Source: Candidatus Asbonarchaeum danakilense (GTDB lineage: Archaea; Nanohalarchaeota; Nanosalinia; Nanosalinales; Nanoanaerosalinaceae). Taken from it: a DNA stretch of 46,365 nt. Positions 37,812 through 46,365 of the stretch are shown here, piece after piece. How positions within the stretch are numbered: position 1 is the stretch's first letter; every line of letters begins with the position of its first letter. Position numbers and translations under genes: made by a program. The DNA lies in the NCBI GenBank assembly GCA_034190465.1, contig JAXINV010000013.1:1-46365 (forward strand), in the 5' to 3' direction. The notes under the pieces are model-generated. The model saw only the letters and a program-made list of their open reading frames with translations. It searched no databases and was not told the origin of the DNA.

Positions 37812-40273
37812 ATGAAATGATCAAAGAAGATGAGTACCGGCTCCGGGAAGCAGCAGACGAACTCAGGGGTCTCCCTGAGGAAGCAAACGAACTTTCAGAG
37901 AAGCTTGGGCTGGAGCCGTACGACGTCAACTACTGGGTCGTCGACTACGACGACATCAACGAGGTAGCAGCCTACGGCGGCTTCCAGAAGCGGTACCCGC
38001 ACTGGCGGTTCGGCATGAAGTACGACCGCCAGAAGAAGAAATCCGACCACCTCGGTGGCAAAATCCTCGAGATGGTCATCAACGACGACCCCTCAGAGGC
38101 CTACCTGCAAGAATCCAACGACGTCGCAAGTCAGAAAGGCGTCATCACGCACGTCGAAGCACACAGCGACTTCTTCGCGCAGAACGACTGGTATCAGATG
38201 TTCCGGGAAGATCCTGATTCCGCCGCCATGCTGGCACGGCACGCCGACAGGATCGAAGACTACATGAAAGACAAGGATATCGGCGAGGACGGTCAGACAG
38301 CACAGGAAGCAGTCGAAGAATGGATCGACCACGCCCTCACCATCGAAGACAACATCGACCAGCACGTCGGCTACAGGGCCGTCATGGAGCGTGCAAAAGA
38401 GGAAGGCGACTACGACAAAGTTGAGAACATGCGCGAGGCGATCGAAGACCTCGGTCTCAGCGACCAAGTTCAGGAAGAGGTCTTCGACGAGGGCTTCTAC
38501 GAGCACCTCGAAGAGGACGAGGATCATACCGTCCCGTCAGAGCCACAGGAAGACCTCCTCTACTTCCTCATGGAACACGGTAAACAGTACGACGCCGAAG
38601 AAGGTATGGCCCGTGAGATGGAGGACTGGCAGGAAGACGTCCTCAACATCATCCGGAAAGAATCCTACTACTTCGCCCCGCAGAAGATGACCAAGGTCAT
38701 GAACGAGGGCTGGGCATCCTACTGGGACTCCATGATGATGACCAACGAAGGCTTCGCCGACTACGAAGATCTCTTCGACCACGCGGCAGGCGAGGCCGCC
38801 ATGCTCGACGACAGCAACGGCTTCAACCCGTACACCCTCGGCATCGAGATCTGGGAGCACATCGAGAACACAGAGAACCGGGAAGAGGTCGTCCAGAAGC
38901 TGCTGCAAGTTGAAAATGACGAACTCGACCTCACCGACCGGAACATCGATGACTTCTACGACAAGATCGATTTCGACCAAGTCTACGACAACCTGGAGCC
39001 CGGCGAAGCAGAGCGGCAACTGTACCAAGCAAGCTTCGACAACCTCGCAGACATCGAGGAACTCGTCGAAGAAGGCGAACTGGACGAGGACAAAGTTGAC
39101 ATGGACAACCTCGAACGGGCTAAAGAGATCCGGGAGATGCTCGACGACGATGAAACAATCAACAGCCTCGTTGAAGCAACACAGGACTCGCTCAGTGACA
39201 TCGACGATGAAGAGGTCGTCGAGAACGGGAACGTCGTCAACTACGATGCTTCACCGTTCGACTCAGAGTATCTCCAGTCGCTGAAAGACCATCTAGAAGA
39301 AAACGCCGGCGAGGAAATCACTGAGAGCATGGTCATCGATCTCGTCGACGACCTCCGCTATACGGACAGCGAGGCACTGGACGAGGACGATCTCCGGGAA
39401 AAGGTCACCGACGCCATCAAGAACGAGGTCAACGTCGACAGGCATTCGTGGAAGGTCATGACCTACGAGGCACTCGCGGAGAAAAACTTCTCCCTGCTCC
39501 GGTCCGAGAACCGGCGTCACGGCCCTGACAACCCCGGGTACATCGAACAGATCCGCCACGACGAGCTTGAGGAGATCGCCAACTGGAAGGTCGACGAGTG
39601 GGACAAGTACGACAGCATCGAAGAGGCGATGGAGGACGTCGACAAGACACGTGGCTGGGACAAGATGATCGAGGAACGGAAGAACAAAAACGACATCACC
39701 TTCCTCCAGGAGAACATCACACAGGAGTTCGTGGACAACAACGGCTACTACACCTCCGAGACACTGCCGACCAGCGAAGGCAACCCGGACGTCCCCGTTG
39801 TCACCTCCGTCGATGCAGAGGAGGTCCGGGACGCGCTCGTGTTCAAGTTCACGAACTTCGGCAAACCGACCATCCAGGTCGCCGACGCGAACTACGACAA
39901 CGAGGGCGGCCTCCTGCTCGAGCACAACTACAACGGCGTCCAGCTCGACAAGATGCAGGCCCTCGCCACCATGCACCGCCTCCAGAACCTCTGGGGACGG
40001 AAAGTCCATCTCAAGACCATCGAAAAGGAGTGGGACCTTGAGGAGAACGACGAGATCCTCCAGGAACTCGCCATGGCACAGCAGTACGACTACGAGATGG
40101 ACTGGGAGGATCGCATCCCCGAACCCGACGAAGTCGGCAAGCTGATCACCTACGATCCCGACCAGCCACGTCAGCAGATGTTCCAGGAAGAAGAACTGCC
40201 GGACGAAGAGATCGAACACCTCAAAGCCGACGACCAGGACTACAACACCATCCCGGAGGACTGGCTCGCATAG
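37808..40273 (+). CDS. spoVR: SpoVR/YcgB family protein with long acidic insertion
   Basis: AYGGFQKRYPHWRFG, E-VIND-P, HVEAHSDFF, ESYYF-PQ..TKVMNEGWASYW, NPY-LG, TNFGKP-I, LWGR-V-L-T. Confidence 0.93.
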   Translation: MNEMIKEDEYRLREAADELRGLPEEANELSEKLGLEPYDVNYWVVDYDDINEVAAYGGFQKRYPHWRFGMKYDRQKKKSDHLGGKILEMVINDDPSEAYLQESNDVASQKGVITHVEAHSDFFAQNDWYQMFREDPDSAAMLARHADRIEDYMKDKDIGEDGQTAQEAVEEWIDHALTIEDNIDQHVGYRAVMERAKEEGDYDKVENMREAIEDLGLSDQVQEEVFDEGFYEHLEEDEDHTVPSEPQEDLLYFLMEHGKQYDAEEGMAREMEDWQEDVLNIIRKESYYFAPQKMTKVMNEGWASYWDSMMMTNEGFADYEDLFDHAAGEAAMLDDSNGFNPYTLGIEIWEHIENTENREEVVQKLLQVENDELDLTDRNIDDFYDKIDFDQVYDNLEPGEAERQLYQASFDNLADIEELVEEGELDEDKVDMDNLERAKEIREMLDDDETINSLVEATQDSLSDIDDEEVVENGNVVNYDASPFDSEYLQSLKDHLEENAGEEITESMVIDLVDDLRYTDSEALDEDDLREKVTDAIKNEVNVDRHSWKVMTYEALAEKNFSLLRSENRRHGPDNPGYIEQIRHDELEEIANWKVDEWDKYDSIEEAMEDVDKTRGWDKMIEERKNKNDITFLQENITQEFVDNNGYYTSETLPTSEGNPDVPVVTSVDAEEVRDALVFKFTNFGKPTIQVADANYDNEGGLLLEHNYNGVQLDKMQALATMHRLQNLWGRKVHLKTIEKEWDLEENDEILQELAMAQQYDYEMDWEDRIPEPDEVGKLITYDPDQPRQQMFQEEELPDEEIEHLKADDQDYNTIPEDWLA

Positions 40274-40374
40274 GCGGGCCAGTCCCGGACCCCTATCTTT
40301 TTAACCACCCGGCCCCATTAAGTAAACAGAAGTAAAGTATCCACAACATCAGTTAACGCACATCAGGTGAAACC

Positions 40375-40866
40375 ATGCCACACAACTACCAACTCGAACG
40401 ACTTGACACCGACGGAGCCGCGGTCGATACCGCCTACCTCCTCGAATGGAACGAAACGGAGTACGACGAACTCGAAAAGTACCTGACAGCCAACGAGTTC
40501 GAGACCACCGAGGGCTTTGACGACGTCGGTGACCAGGGCGTCGCACGTTTCGTCTACGAGGAAGATGTACCCTCAGGCGATACCGAACTGCGTGCAGAGG
40601 CATGGCTGGATCCGCAGAACGGCACGGCCGCACTGAAGGTCTGCAAAGAAATCTTCGATGAGGAACCTGACACCTACGACGACCTCGAGGCTCCAATGCC
40701 GCTCCAGGGCGTCATGGAGAAGCATGATGCAGTCAACCTTAACGGTTACTTAGACGAGACCATCGACGCACAGGAGGTCGTTGATCCTGAAGCCGTCGAG
40801 GATCTCAAAGAAGCATACGACCAGCCGTCAGGCGGCGTCGTCACCAGTGGCAGCCCGCGACTGTAG
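40375..40866 (+). CDS. Hypothetical acidic protein
   Basis: SD-like AGGTGA before the ATG; typical codon usage. Confidence 0.7.
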   Translation: MPHNYQLERLDTDGAAVDTAYLLEWNETEYDELEKYLTANEFETTEGFDDVGDQGVARFVYEEDVPSGDTELRAEAWLDPQNGTAALKVCKEIFDEEPDTYDDLEAPMPLQGVMEKHDAVNLNGYLDETIDAQEVVDPEAVEDLKEAYDQPSGGVVTSGSPRL

Positions 40867-40896
40867 CGGCGGCCGCCCACCACACCCTCTTTTTCT

Positions 40897-41772
40897 TCAT
40901 CCTGTTTCCGCGAGAATCTCTGCTATCGCATCCTCCTCAGTCAGGCCTGCTTCACGGAGCTCGCGGTGCCGATCGATAAGCTCCTCCAGTAGCTCCACCT
41001 GCCGCTCCGGCTCATCATAGTTCCGGTCCGGGTCCAGGATCTCCTCCTTCTCCGCCTCGATGTACGCCTCATCGTCAATCCTGCCACCGACCGCGATACC
41101 GGCATAGTATGCGTACGCTTCCTCTTCTGCCCCCAGATCGACGTCCTCCCTGTCCATCGCATCGGCCCTGTCGGAGAGCGGGGCGATGTATTCCATTACC
41201 TCACCCCAGCGCTGCTGCATCTCCTCGACGACCGCGTCCTCGAAGTACATGGCCACCTCCTGGCGTCTTTCCAGGTCGTCCCACGTCTCGTATTCCTCCC
41301 GTGCCAGCCCGTGGAGATGGTCGATCCGCGCAGGGTTGATCGCCAGCGCCACGCGCCGCAGCAGGCCTTCATCGCCGACGATTCCGCCGACACCAAGCTC
41401 CCGGACCTCATCAGCCCGGTCCTCGTCGAGGTCCGCAAGCATGTCAGCATACATCTCCGACAGCTCATCGAGCTCCTCGACCGCGGCATGGAACGCAGGG
41501 CCAGGAGAACCGATCCTTGCATCGACCTGGTACTTGTGCACGTACTCGTGGACGAACGCCTCCTCCACAGTCGCATCCGATTCAAACAGCGGAGCATACA
41601 GCTGGATGAAGTCAAGCTGCGGGCTGTACCCTCCCCTGCTCCGTTCCCCACCGGGTGCAGCAGTATCAGGATGGATACCGACGGCAGCAGCTTCATCGAC
41701 CTCGACCCCATACTCCTGGAGCCGGTCGACAGCCCCGCTGCTCAACGCGTCCGCATCGTACGCCCTAGCCAT
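40897..41772 (-). CDS. Hypothetical protein with HExxH zincin-like motif
   Basis: GGY...FIQLY....FVHEYVHKYQ with a distal EEEAY. Confidence 0.65.
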   Translation of the reverse strand: MARAYDADALSSGAVDRLQEYGVEVDEAAAVGIHPDTAAPGGERSRGGYSPQLDFIQLYAPLFESDATVEEAFVHEYVHKYQVDARIGSPGPAFHAAVEELDELSEMYADMLADLDEDRADEVRELGVGGIVGDEGLLRRVALAINPARIDHLHGLAREEYETWDDLERRQEVAMYFEDAVVEEMQQRWGEVMEYIAPLSDRADAMDREDVDLGAEEEAYAYYAGIAVGGRIDDEAYIEAEKEEILDPDRNYDEPERQVELLEELIDRHRELREAGLTEEDAIAEILAETG

Positions 41773-41841
41773 ATGAACAGCTTGCGGAGCGTAGATTTAA
41801 AATTGGTAAGAAAGGGCACAGTACCGGCATATGTTAACCGA

Positions 41842-42330
41842 TCACTCCTCGGCTTCCGGCATATCCTCCATCAAATCGACGTTGTGGCGCTCCATATAGG
41901 TGTCAAACGCCACGTGCGTGATCGTCTTCTCGATCATGTTAGAATCAAGCAGATCACCGACGACAAACGAACCGAGCTGATCCCTGTCCTTGAACTTTGC
42001 CACCAGCAGGATATCCGTATCCCCTGTAATCTCATAGACCGCCGTGACACGGGGATGCTCGTACAGCTTGTCCTCGATCTCCTTCATGTGCTCGCCCTTC
42101 ACAATCAGCTCGATCGCCGCCACGATGTGGTAGCCGATCTTCCGGTAGTCGATATCCACCGTGTAGCCGCGGATGATACCTTTATCCTTCATCTTGTCGA
42201 CGCGGTTGATCACCGTGACTGCTGTCGAATCGATCTCACTCGCGATCTCCCGGAACGACTTCCGTCCATCCTCCTGGAGTTTCGTGATGATTTTCCTGTC
42301 AAGCTCGTCGATCTCGTACTCCTCTGTCAT
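41842..42330 (-). CDS. Lrp/AsnC family transcriptional regulator
   Basis: DELDRKII..LQEDGR-SF.EIA....TV..RV..M...GII-GY; YEITGDTD RAM domain. Confidence 0.95.
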   Translation of the reverse strand: MTEEYEIDELDRKIITKLQEDGRKSFREIASEIDSTAVTVINRVDKMKDKGIIRGYTVDIDYRKIGYHIVAAIELIVKGEHMKEIEDKLYEHPRVTAVYEITGDTDILLVAKFKDRDQLGSFVVGDLLDSNMIEKTITHVAFDTYMERHNVDLMEDMPEAEE

Positions 42331-42491
42331 CGTTGTACCCCTGCTGCACGGTCACGGCAGCCGAACGGCCACCGGTAAACATACATTAAATCAGTGCGGC
42401 TACAGCTATATAAAGGTTGGCACACTCCCCAGTCAGCACCCCACTCACGCACCGACAAAGCTTGAAATAGCTTCTACCAGACCACTGCACC

Positions 42492-43589
42492 ATGGGCCTG
42501 AAGGACGAGCTGGAACAGGCGGAGAAGAAGTTGGAGGAGACCCCGGTCAACAAAGCCACCGAGACCGAACGCGGGAGACTGAAGGCCAAGATCGCCAACC
42601 TGGAGGAAGAGATCAAGAAGCGGCAGAAAGAGACCGGTGGCGGCGAAGGCGGCTACGCCGTCGAGAAGACAGGCGACGCCACCGCCGCACTGGTCGGCTA
42701 CCCCTCCGTCGGCAAATCCACCCTCCTCAACAAGCTCACCAACGCCGACTCAGAGGTCGGTGAATACCAGTTCACCACGCTCGACGTCGTCCCCGGCATC
42801 ATGAAACACCGCGGCGCCAACATCCAGCTGCTCGACGTCCCCGGCCTGATCGGCGGCGCGGCACAGGGCAAGGGCGACGGCCAGCAGGTCCTCTCCGTCG
42901 TCCGGAACGCCGACCTCGTCATCCTCATGACCGACCCCGATCGGCTGGACGGCTTCGACAAGATGGAGGACGAACTGTACGACGCCGGTGTCCGGCCCGA
43001 CATGGAGCCGCCGAACGTCAAGGTCGAGAAGAAGGGCAAGGGCGGCATCTCCGTCAAGTGCCCGATCGACCTGACACAGACCGACGAGGAGACCGTGAAA
43101 GAGGTCATGGAGCAGTGGGGCTACGTCAACGCCTCGATCATCATCCGCGAGGACCTGCCGATCGAACGCATCATCGACGCGCTGGCGAAGGACCGGGTCT
43201 ACATGCCCTCGCTCAAGGTCGTCAACAAGGCAGAGACACTGTCCGAGGAGGAAGCGGAGGAGATACGGGACGAGTACGGCGACGACGTGCTGTTCCTCTC
43301 CGCCGAAGAAGAGACTAACCTCGACACATTCAGGGACCGGGTCTTCGAGGAGCTCGGTTTGCTCCGCATCTACCTGAAGAAACGGCAGGGCGATGTCGAC
43401 AGGGACGAACCGATGATCATCCACCAGGGCGACACGGTCGAGGACCTCTGCGAGCGGCTGCACGACAGCTTCCGGGACAAGTTCAAGCACGCCCGCGTCT
43501 GGGGCGAATCGGCGAAGCACGAAGGGCAGCGGGTCGGGCTGGACCATGAACTCCGGGACGAGGACGTCGTCGAGATCAACAAGGGTTGA
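42492..43589 (+). CDS. drg: DRG/OBG family GTPase with TGS domain
   Basis: TPVNKATE, GYPSVGKSTL, Y-FTTL, DVPGLI, NKAE, SAE; TGS motif ARVWG-SAKH-GQRVG-DH-L-DED. Confidence 0.95.
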   Translation: MGLKDELEQAEKKLEETPVNKATETERGRLKAKIANLEEEIKKRQKETGGGEGGYAVEKTGDATAALVGYPSVGKSTLLNKLTNADSEVGEYQFTTLDVVPGIMKHRGANIQLLDVPGLIGGAAQGKGDGQQVLSVVRNADLVILMTDPDRLDGFDKMEDELYDAGVRPDMEPPNVKVEKKGKGGISVKCPIDLTQTDEETVKEVMEQWGYVNASIIIREDLPIERIIDALAKDRVYMPSLKVVNKAETLSEEEAEEIRDEYGDDVLFLSAEEETNLDTFRDRVFEELGLLRIYLKKRQGDVDRDEPMIIHQGDTVEDLCERLHDSFRDKFKHARVWGESAKHEGQRVGLDHELRDEDVVEINKG

Positions 43590-43631
43590 TGGTCGCTGCG
43601 TGCCAGCATATTTATACATGTACGAACGGAT

Positions 43632-45965
43632 ATGTATGGCATGCTGCTGGAAACGGAACGACGGCCGCTGAAAATCTCCATCATTCTCAGTATACTGGCC
43701 CTTACGGCAGGAGTTGCAGCGGCGGCACCACACCATCCGCTGTCGCAGATCTATCCGATGGACGTGGACCTGAACCTGTCAGGGCAGGATATCAACGAGA
43801 TCGGCGACCTGGGGCTTGCAGGCGGCAGCACGACCATTGACGGTTCTCTCGATGTCATGGGCCCGATCAACCTTTCAGGCAACGAGATCGTGGACTATGT
43901 GACCGATGCCCGTTCAGGCGCACCGACAAGTCCTAAAGCCGGCCAGATGTGGTTCGACACCGGACAGAGCGTCCTCAAATACTACAACGGCACCAACTGG
44001 ATCGTGACCGCCTCCACGGACCAGGTCAGCAGCGACCTCCAGTCCGTCCTCGGGAGCGGAAACAGCGCCGGCAGCTACAACATCAACATGTCAGGGCAAC
44101 GTCTCATCAATATAGGCTCCGCCAAATCGTCGTTCGGTTCCACCGGCAACCTGCGGATGCCCGTGAATTCTTCAGGCGGCTTCACCGAGGGAACCGCACA
44201 GGTCATCTTCAGCGACACAGCCAGTTCCGAAACCCTGGTGTGGCGGCGCGAAGCCCATGTCAACCGTGCCTTTTCGGTCGACAGGAACGGAAACGATCTC
44301 TTCATGATTGCGGACAGCGGCACCGTTACGATCCCCAACGGAGCACTCAGCATGCAGACGAACGACATCAAGTGGGATAGCGGCACGTTGAACATGCAGA
44401 ACGGCGGATTCGACGCACAAGTAAGTGGCTCCGATGGATTCACGTTCTATGACTCGAACGGCAACCCGGTCTTCGATATCAACAACAACGGCGTGGTCGG
44501 CGTCCCCAAGGGCCGGCTCGATGTCACGGGCGGAAGCATCGATGCGAACGGCAACTACCTACGCTCCGCGTTCATCAATCCTTCCGGCGCCAATGCACAC
44601 GCTAACTTCATCGGACAGCTCGACAACGCCTTCTACCGAGCAGATAGAAAATGGACATGCTCCGGCGACTGCAACAGTGCGATGTTCAACGGCCGGATGA
44701 ACTCCAACGCCAACTGGGGCAACAGCTCCACCCCCATCCAGTTCAGCATCACCTTCAACAGCGCCCAGCATTACTGGTCCGCGTTCCGCATCCACTTCAA
44801 CTGGGGTCGCTGGACGGACACGTTCACTATCGAGCGGCGGGACGACAGCGACACTGATGGCTCATGCAGCGACGAAAGCGGCTGGTCGACGCTCGAAAGC
44901 GTCTCCTCCCACAGCGGCTACGAATACACCACGACCAACACCGGCGGGAGCTGGGCCTGCGGCTTCCGATTCACGTTCCAACGAAAAAACTCCAACCTCA
45001 ACTACAACGGCGACTTCAGGATCGGCGGCGTGATGGCGTACCGGTACTACCGTGGGCACAACGGCATGTACCTCTCACGGAACGGCGACAGCATGTACGG
45101 CGGCCTCAACATGAACCAGAACACGCTCACGAACGTGAAGGACATCGAAGTCAACTCCGGGAACGACCCGATCACCATCGGCCCGAACAGCAACTACGGC
45201 GAAAAGCTCTGGGTTGGCGGCTGGGGGACCAGCACCTCCGAGGCATGGGTCCGGACATCGAACGGCAACCTCCACCTCGACGGGCAGACGAATGACGGCG
45301 TCTACCTCAACCACTACAGCAGCGGGAACATCTACCTCGCGAACGGCGGTGGCTTCGTCGAGAACTACGGATTGCTCGACCAGAACGGGAACGATATCAG
45401 GGGAGCGGGAGATATCTACGACTTCGAAACACTCAACTTCAACAACAACGAGCTCAGCTCATACGACCAGCGGTGCGACGACACAGGTTCCGGGACCTCG
45501 GGCCACGGCCTGTTCTGGTTCGACCGGAGCGACGGCGGTGATCCGACCCTATTCCTCTGCGGCCAGGGATCGACCTGGGAGATCAACAGCGCGTCGGCCA
45601 GCAGCATCGAGTTCAAGGACAACGTCAGCGACTTCAGCCCGGCAGCGGACAAGGTCCTCGACCTCAACCCGGTCTCGTTCAAGTGGAAGAACCGGACACG
45701 GTGGCAGGACCGCCGTGACATCGGCCTGATCGCCGAGCGGGTCGCAAAGAAGCTTCCCAAGCTCGTCACATTCAGGAACGGATCGGCGTTCGGTGTCAGG
45801 TACGACAGGCTCGGCGTCTACCTGCTCGAAGTCGCGAAAAGGCAGCAGCAGACGATCGACAAGCTGCAGCAAGAGAACAAAGAACTGGAGCGGAAAGTCG
45901 ACCGGCTGGAAGCCGCGTTCTGCGAGGAGAACCCGGACAACGACTACTGTGACGATAACAGTTAA
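43632..45965 (+). CDS. Secreted tail-fibre-like protein with C-terminal peptidase S74 (intramolecular chaperone) domain and coiled coil
   Basis: Signal peptide; G/N/S-rich fibre repeats; SSIEFKDNV...LNPVSFKWK...IGLIAE-V...P.LV......VRYDRL..LLE..K, then heptads. Confidence 0.85.
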   Translation: MYGMLLETERRPLKISIILSILALTAGVAAAAPHHPLSQIYPMDVDLNLSGQDINEIGDLGLAGGSTTIDGSLDVMGPINLSGNEIVDYVTDARSGAPTSPKAGQMWFDTGQSVLKYYNGTNWIVTASTDQVSSDLQSVLGSGNSAGSYNINMSGQRLINIGSAKSSFGSTGNLRMPVNSSGGFTEGTAQVIFSDTASSETLVWRREAHVNRAFSVDRNGNDLFMIADSGTVTIPNGALSMQTNDIKWDSGTLNMQNGGFDAQVSGSDGFTFYDSNGNPVFDINNNGVVGVPKGRLDVTGGSIDANGNYLRSAFINPSGANAHANFIGQLDNAFYRADRKWTCSGDCNSAMFNGRMNSNANWGNSSTPIQFSITFNSAQHYWSAFRIHFNWGRWTDTFTIERRDDSDTDGSCSDESGWSTLESVSSHSGYEYTTTNTGGSWACGFRFTFQRKNSNLNYNGDFRIGGVMAYRYYRGHNGMYLSRNGDSMYGGLNMNQNTLTNVKDIEVNSGNDPITIGPNSNYGEKLWVGGWGTSTSEAWVRTSNGNLHLDGQTNDGVYLNHYSSGNIYLANGGGFVENYGLLDQNGNDIRGAGDIYDFETLNFNNNELSSYDQRCDDTGSGTSGHGLFWFDRSDGGDPTLFLCGQGSTWEINSASASSIEFKDNVSDFSPAADKVLDLNPVSFKWKNRTRWQDRRDIGLIAERVAKKLPKLVTFRNGSAFGVRYDRLGVYLLEVAKRQQQTIDKLQQENKELERKVDRLEAAFCEENPDNDYCDDNS

Positions 45966-45992
45966 GAACACCGAACACGCATAGGACAGTGG

Positions 45993-46365
45993 ATGCGACA
46001 CCACCGGATCATCACGGCCGTTTTCTTCAGCCTGCTCCTGACCGGGACAGTGATCGCTGCTCCGCATCACCCGCTCAGCCAGATCTATCCGATGGACACT
46101 GATCTCAACCTGTCGGGGCAGGATATCAACGAGATCGGTGATCTGCGGCTTGCCGGGGGTAGTGCGACCGTCGACGGCACTGTCAACATGTCGGGCAACG
46201 AGATCGTGGAGTACGTGACCGACGCCCGCAGTGGCGCGCCGACGAGTCCTGCCGCGGGCCAGATGTGGTTCGATTCAGGGCAGAATGTGCTGAAATACTA
46301 CAACGGCACCAACTGGGTGATCACAGCATCCGCTTCCTCCGTCTCCAGCGACCTGCAAAGCGTCC
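45993..46365 (+). CDS. Second tail-fibre-like paralogue (5' part; runs off the window)
   Basis: Manual translation MRHHRIITAVFFSLLLTGTVIAAPHHPLSQIYPMDTDLNLSGQDINEIGDL...GQMWFDSGQNVLKYYNGTNW...SSDLQSV, near-identical to the mature N-terminus of 43632..45965. Confidence 0.88.
   Translation, partial: MRHHRIITAVFFSLLLTGTVIAAPHHPLSQIYPMDTDLNLSGQDINEIGDLRLAGGSATVDGTVNMSGNEIVEYVTDARSGAPTSPAAGQMWFDSGQNVLKYYNGTNWVITASASSVSSDLQSV

Noticed and set aside
200..46070. Many long antisense or alternate-frame ORFs (e.g. 555..1496, 4403..6262, 32462..33817, 34927..36144, 41311..42378)
   Set aside because: Shadow ORFs caused by high GC and GAC/GAG codon bias; they overlap genes with clear family motifs.
1..46365. 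CRISPR array, rRNA, intact IS or provirus, reverse transcriptase/DGR
   Set aside because: No spaced repeats, rRNA motifs, transposase, RT or virion genes seen. The 200-bp repeat is fully identical rather than adenine-variable as in a DGR TR/VR pair.

Overview
GC-rich chromosomal window from a salt-in halophilic archaeon. The cytoplasmic proteins are very acidic, and the window has archaeal-type TyrRS and SAM synthetase, TATA boxes about 25 nt before many start codons, and a BHB tRNA intron. The compact, overlapping genes and surface-protein repertoire suggest a DPANN nanohaloarchaeon (inference, no database search). Housekeeping and accessory genes: tyrS, a methyltransferase, a HAD protein, two YbhB/YbcL proteins, three NUDIX proteins, an IGHMBP2-like SF1 helicase, Zn-ADH, a ZIP transporter, a beta-helix surface protein, COG1361 plus a split MMPL/RND pair, a deaminase, an acyl-CoA thioesterase, an HD protein, HtrA, a PRTase, archaeal MAT, oapABC, a prkA1-prkA2-yeaH-spoVR operon, Lrp and a DRG GTPase. 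There are two tRNA genes. Most notable: (1) a tRNA(CAU) with a 225-nt, highly structured BHB intron carrying a CUGA-linked antisense segment that by the D+5 rule points at its own wobble C34; (2) a 7TM-roadblock-small protein-7TM module whose two receptor-like paralogues share 200-bp and 41-bp identical patches; (3) tandem signal-peptide-bearing, phage-tail-fibre-like genes with a shared N-terminal module, the complete one ending in a peptidase S74 chaperone; (4) an unannotated minus-strand structured RNA candidate at about 27780-27955; (5) an AT-rich 514-bp region next to oapABC that may be a replication origin.
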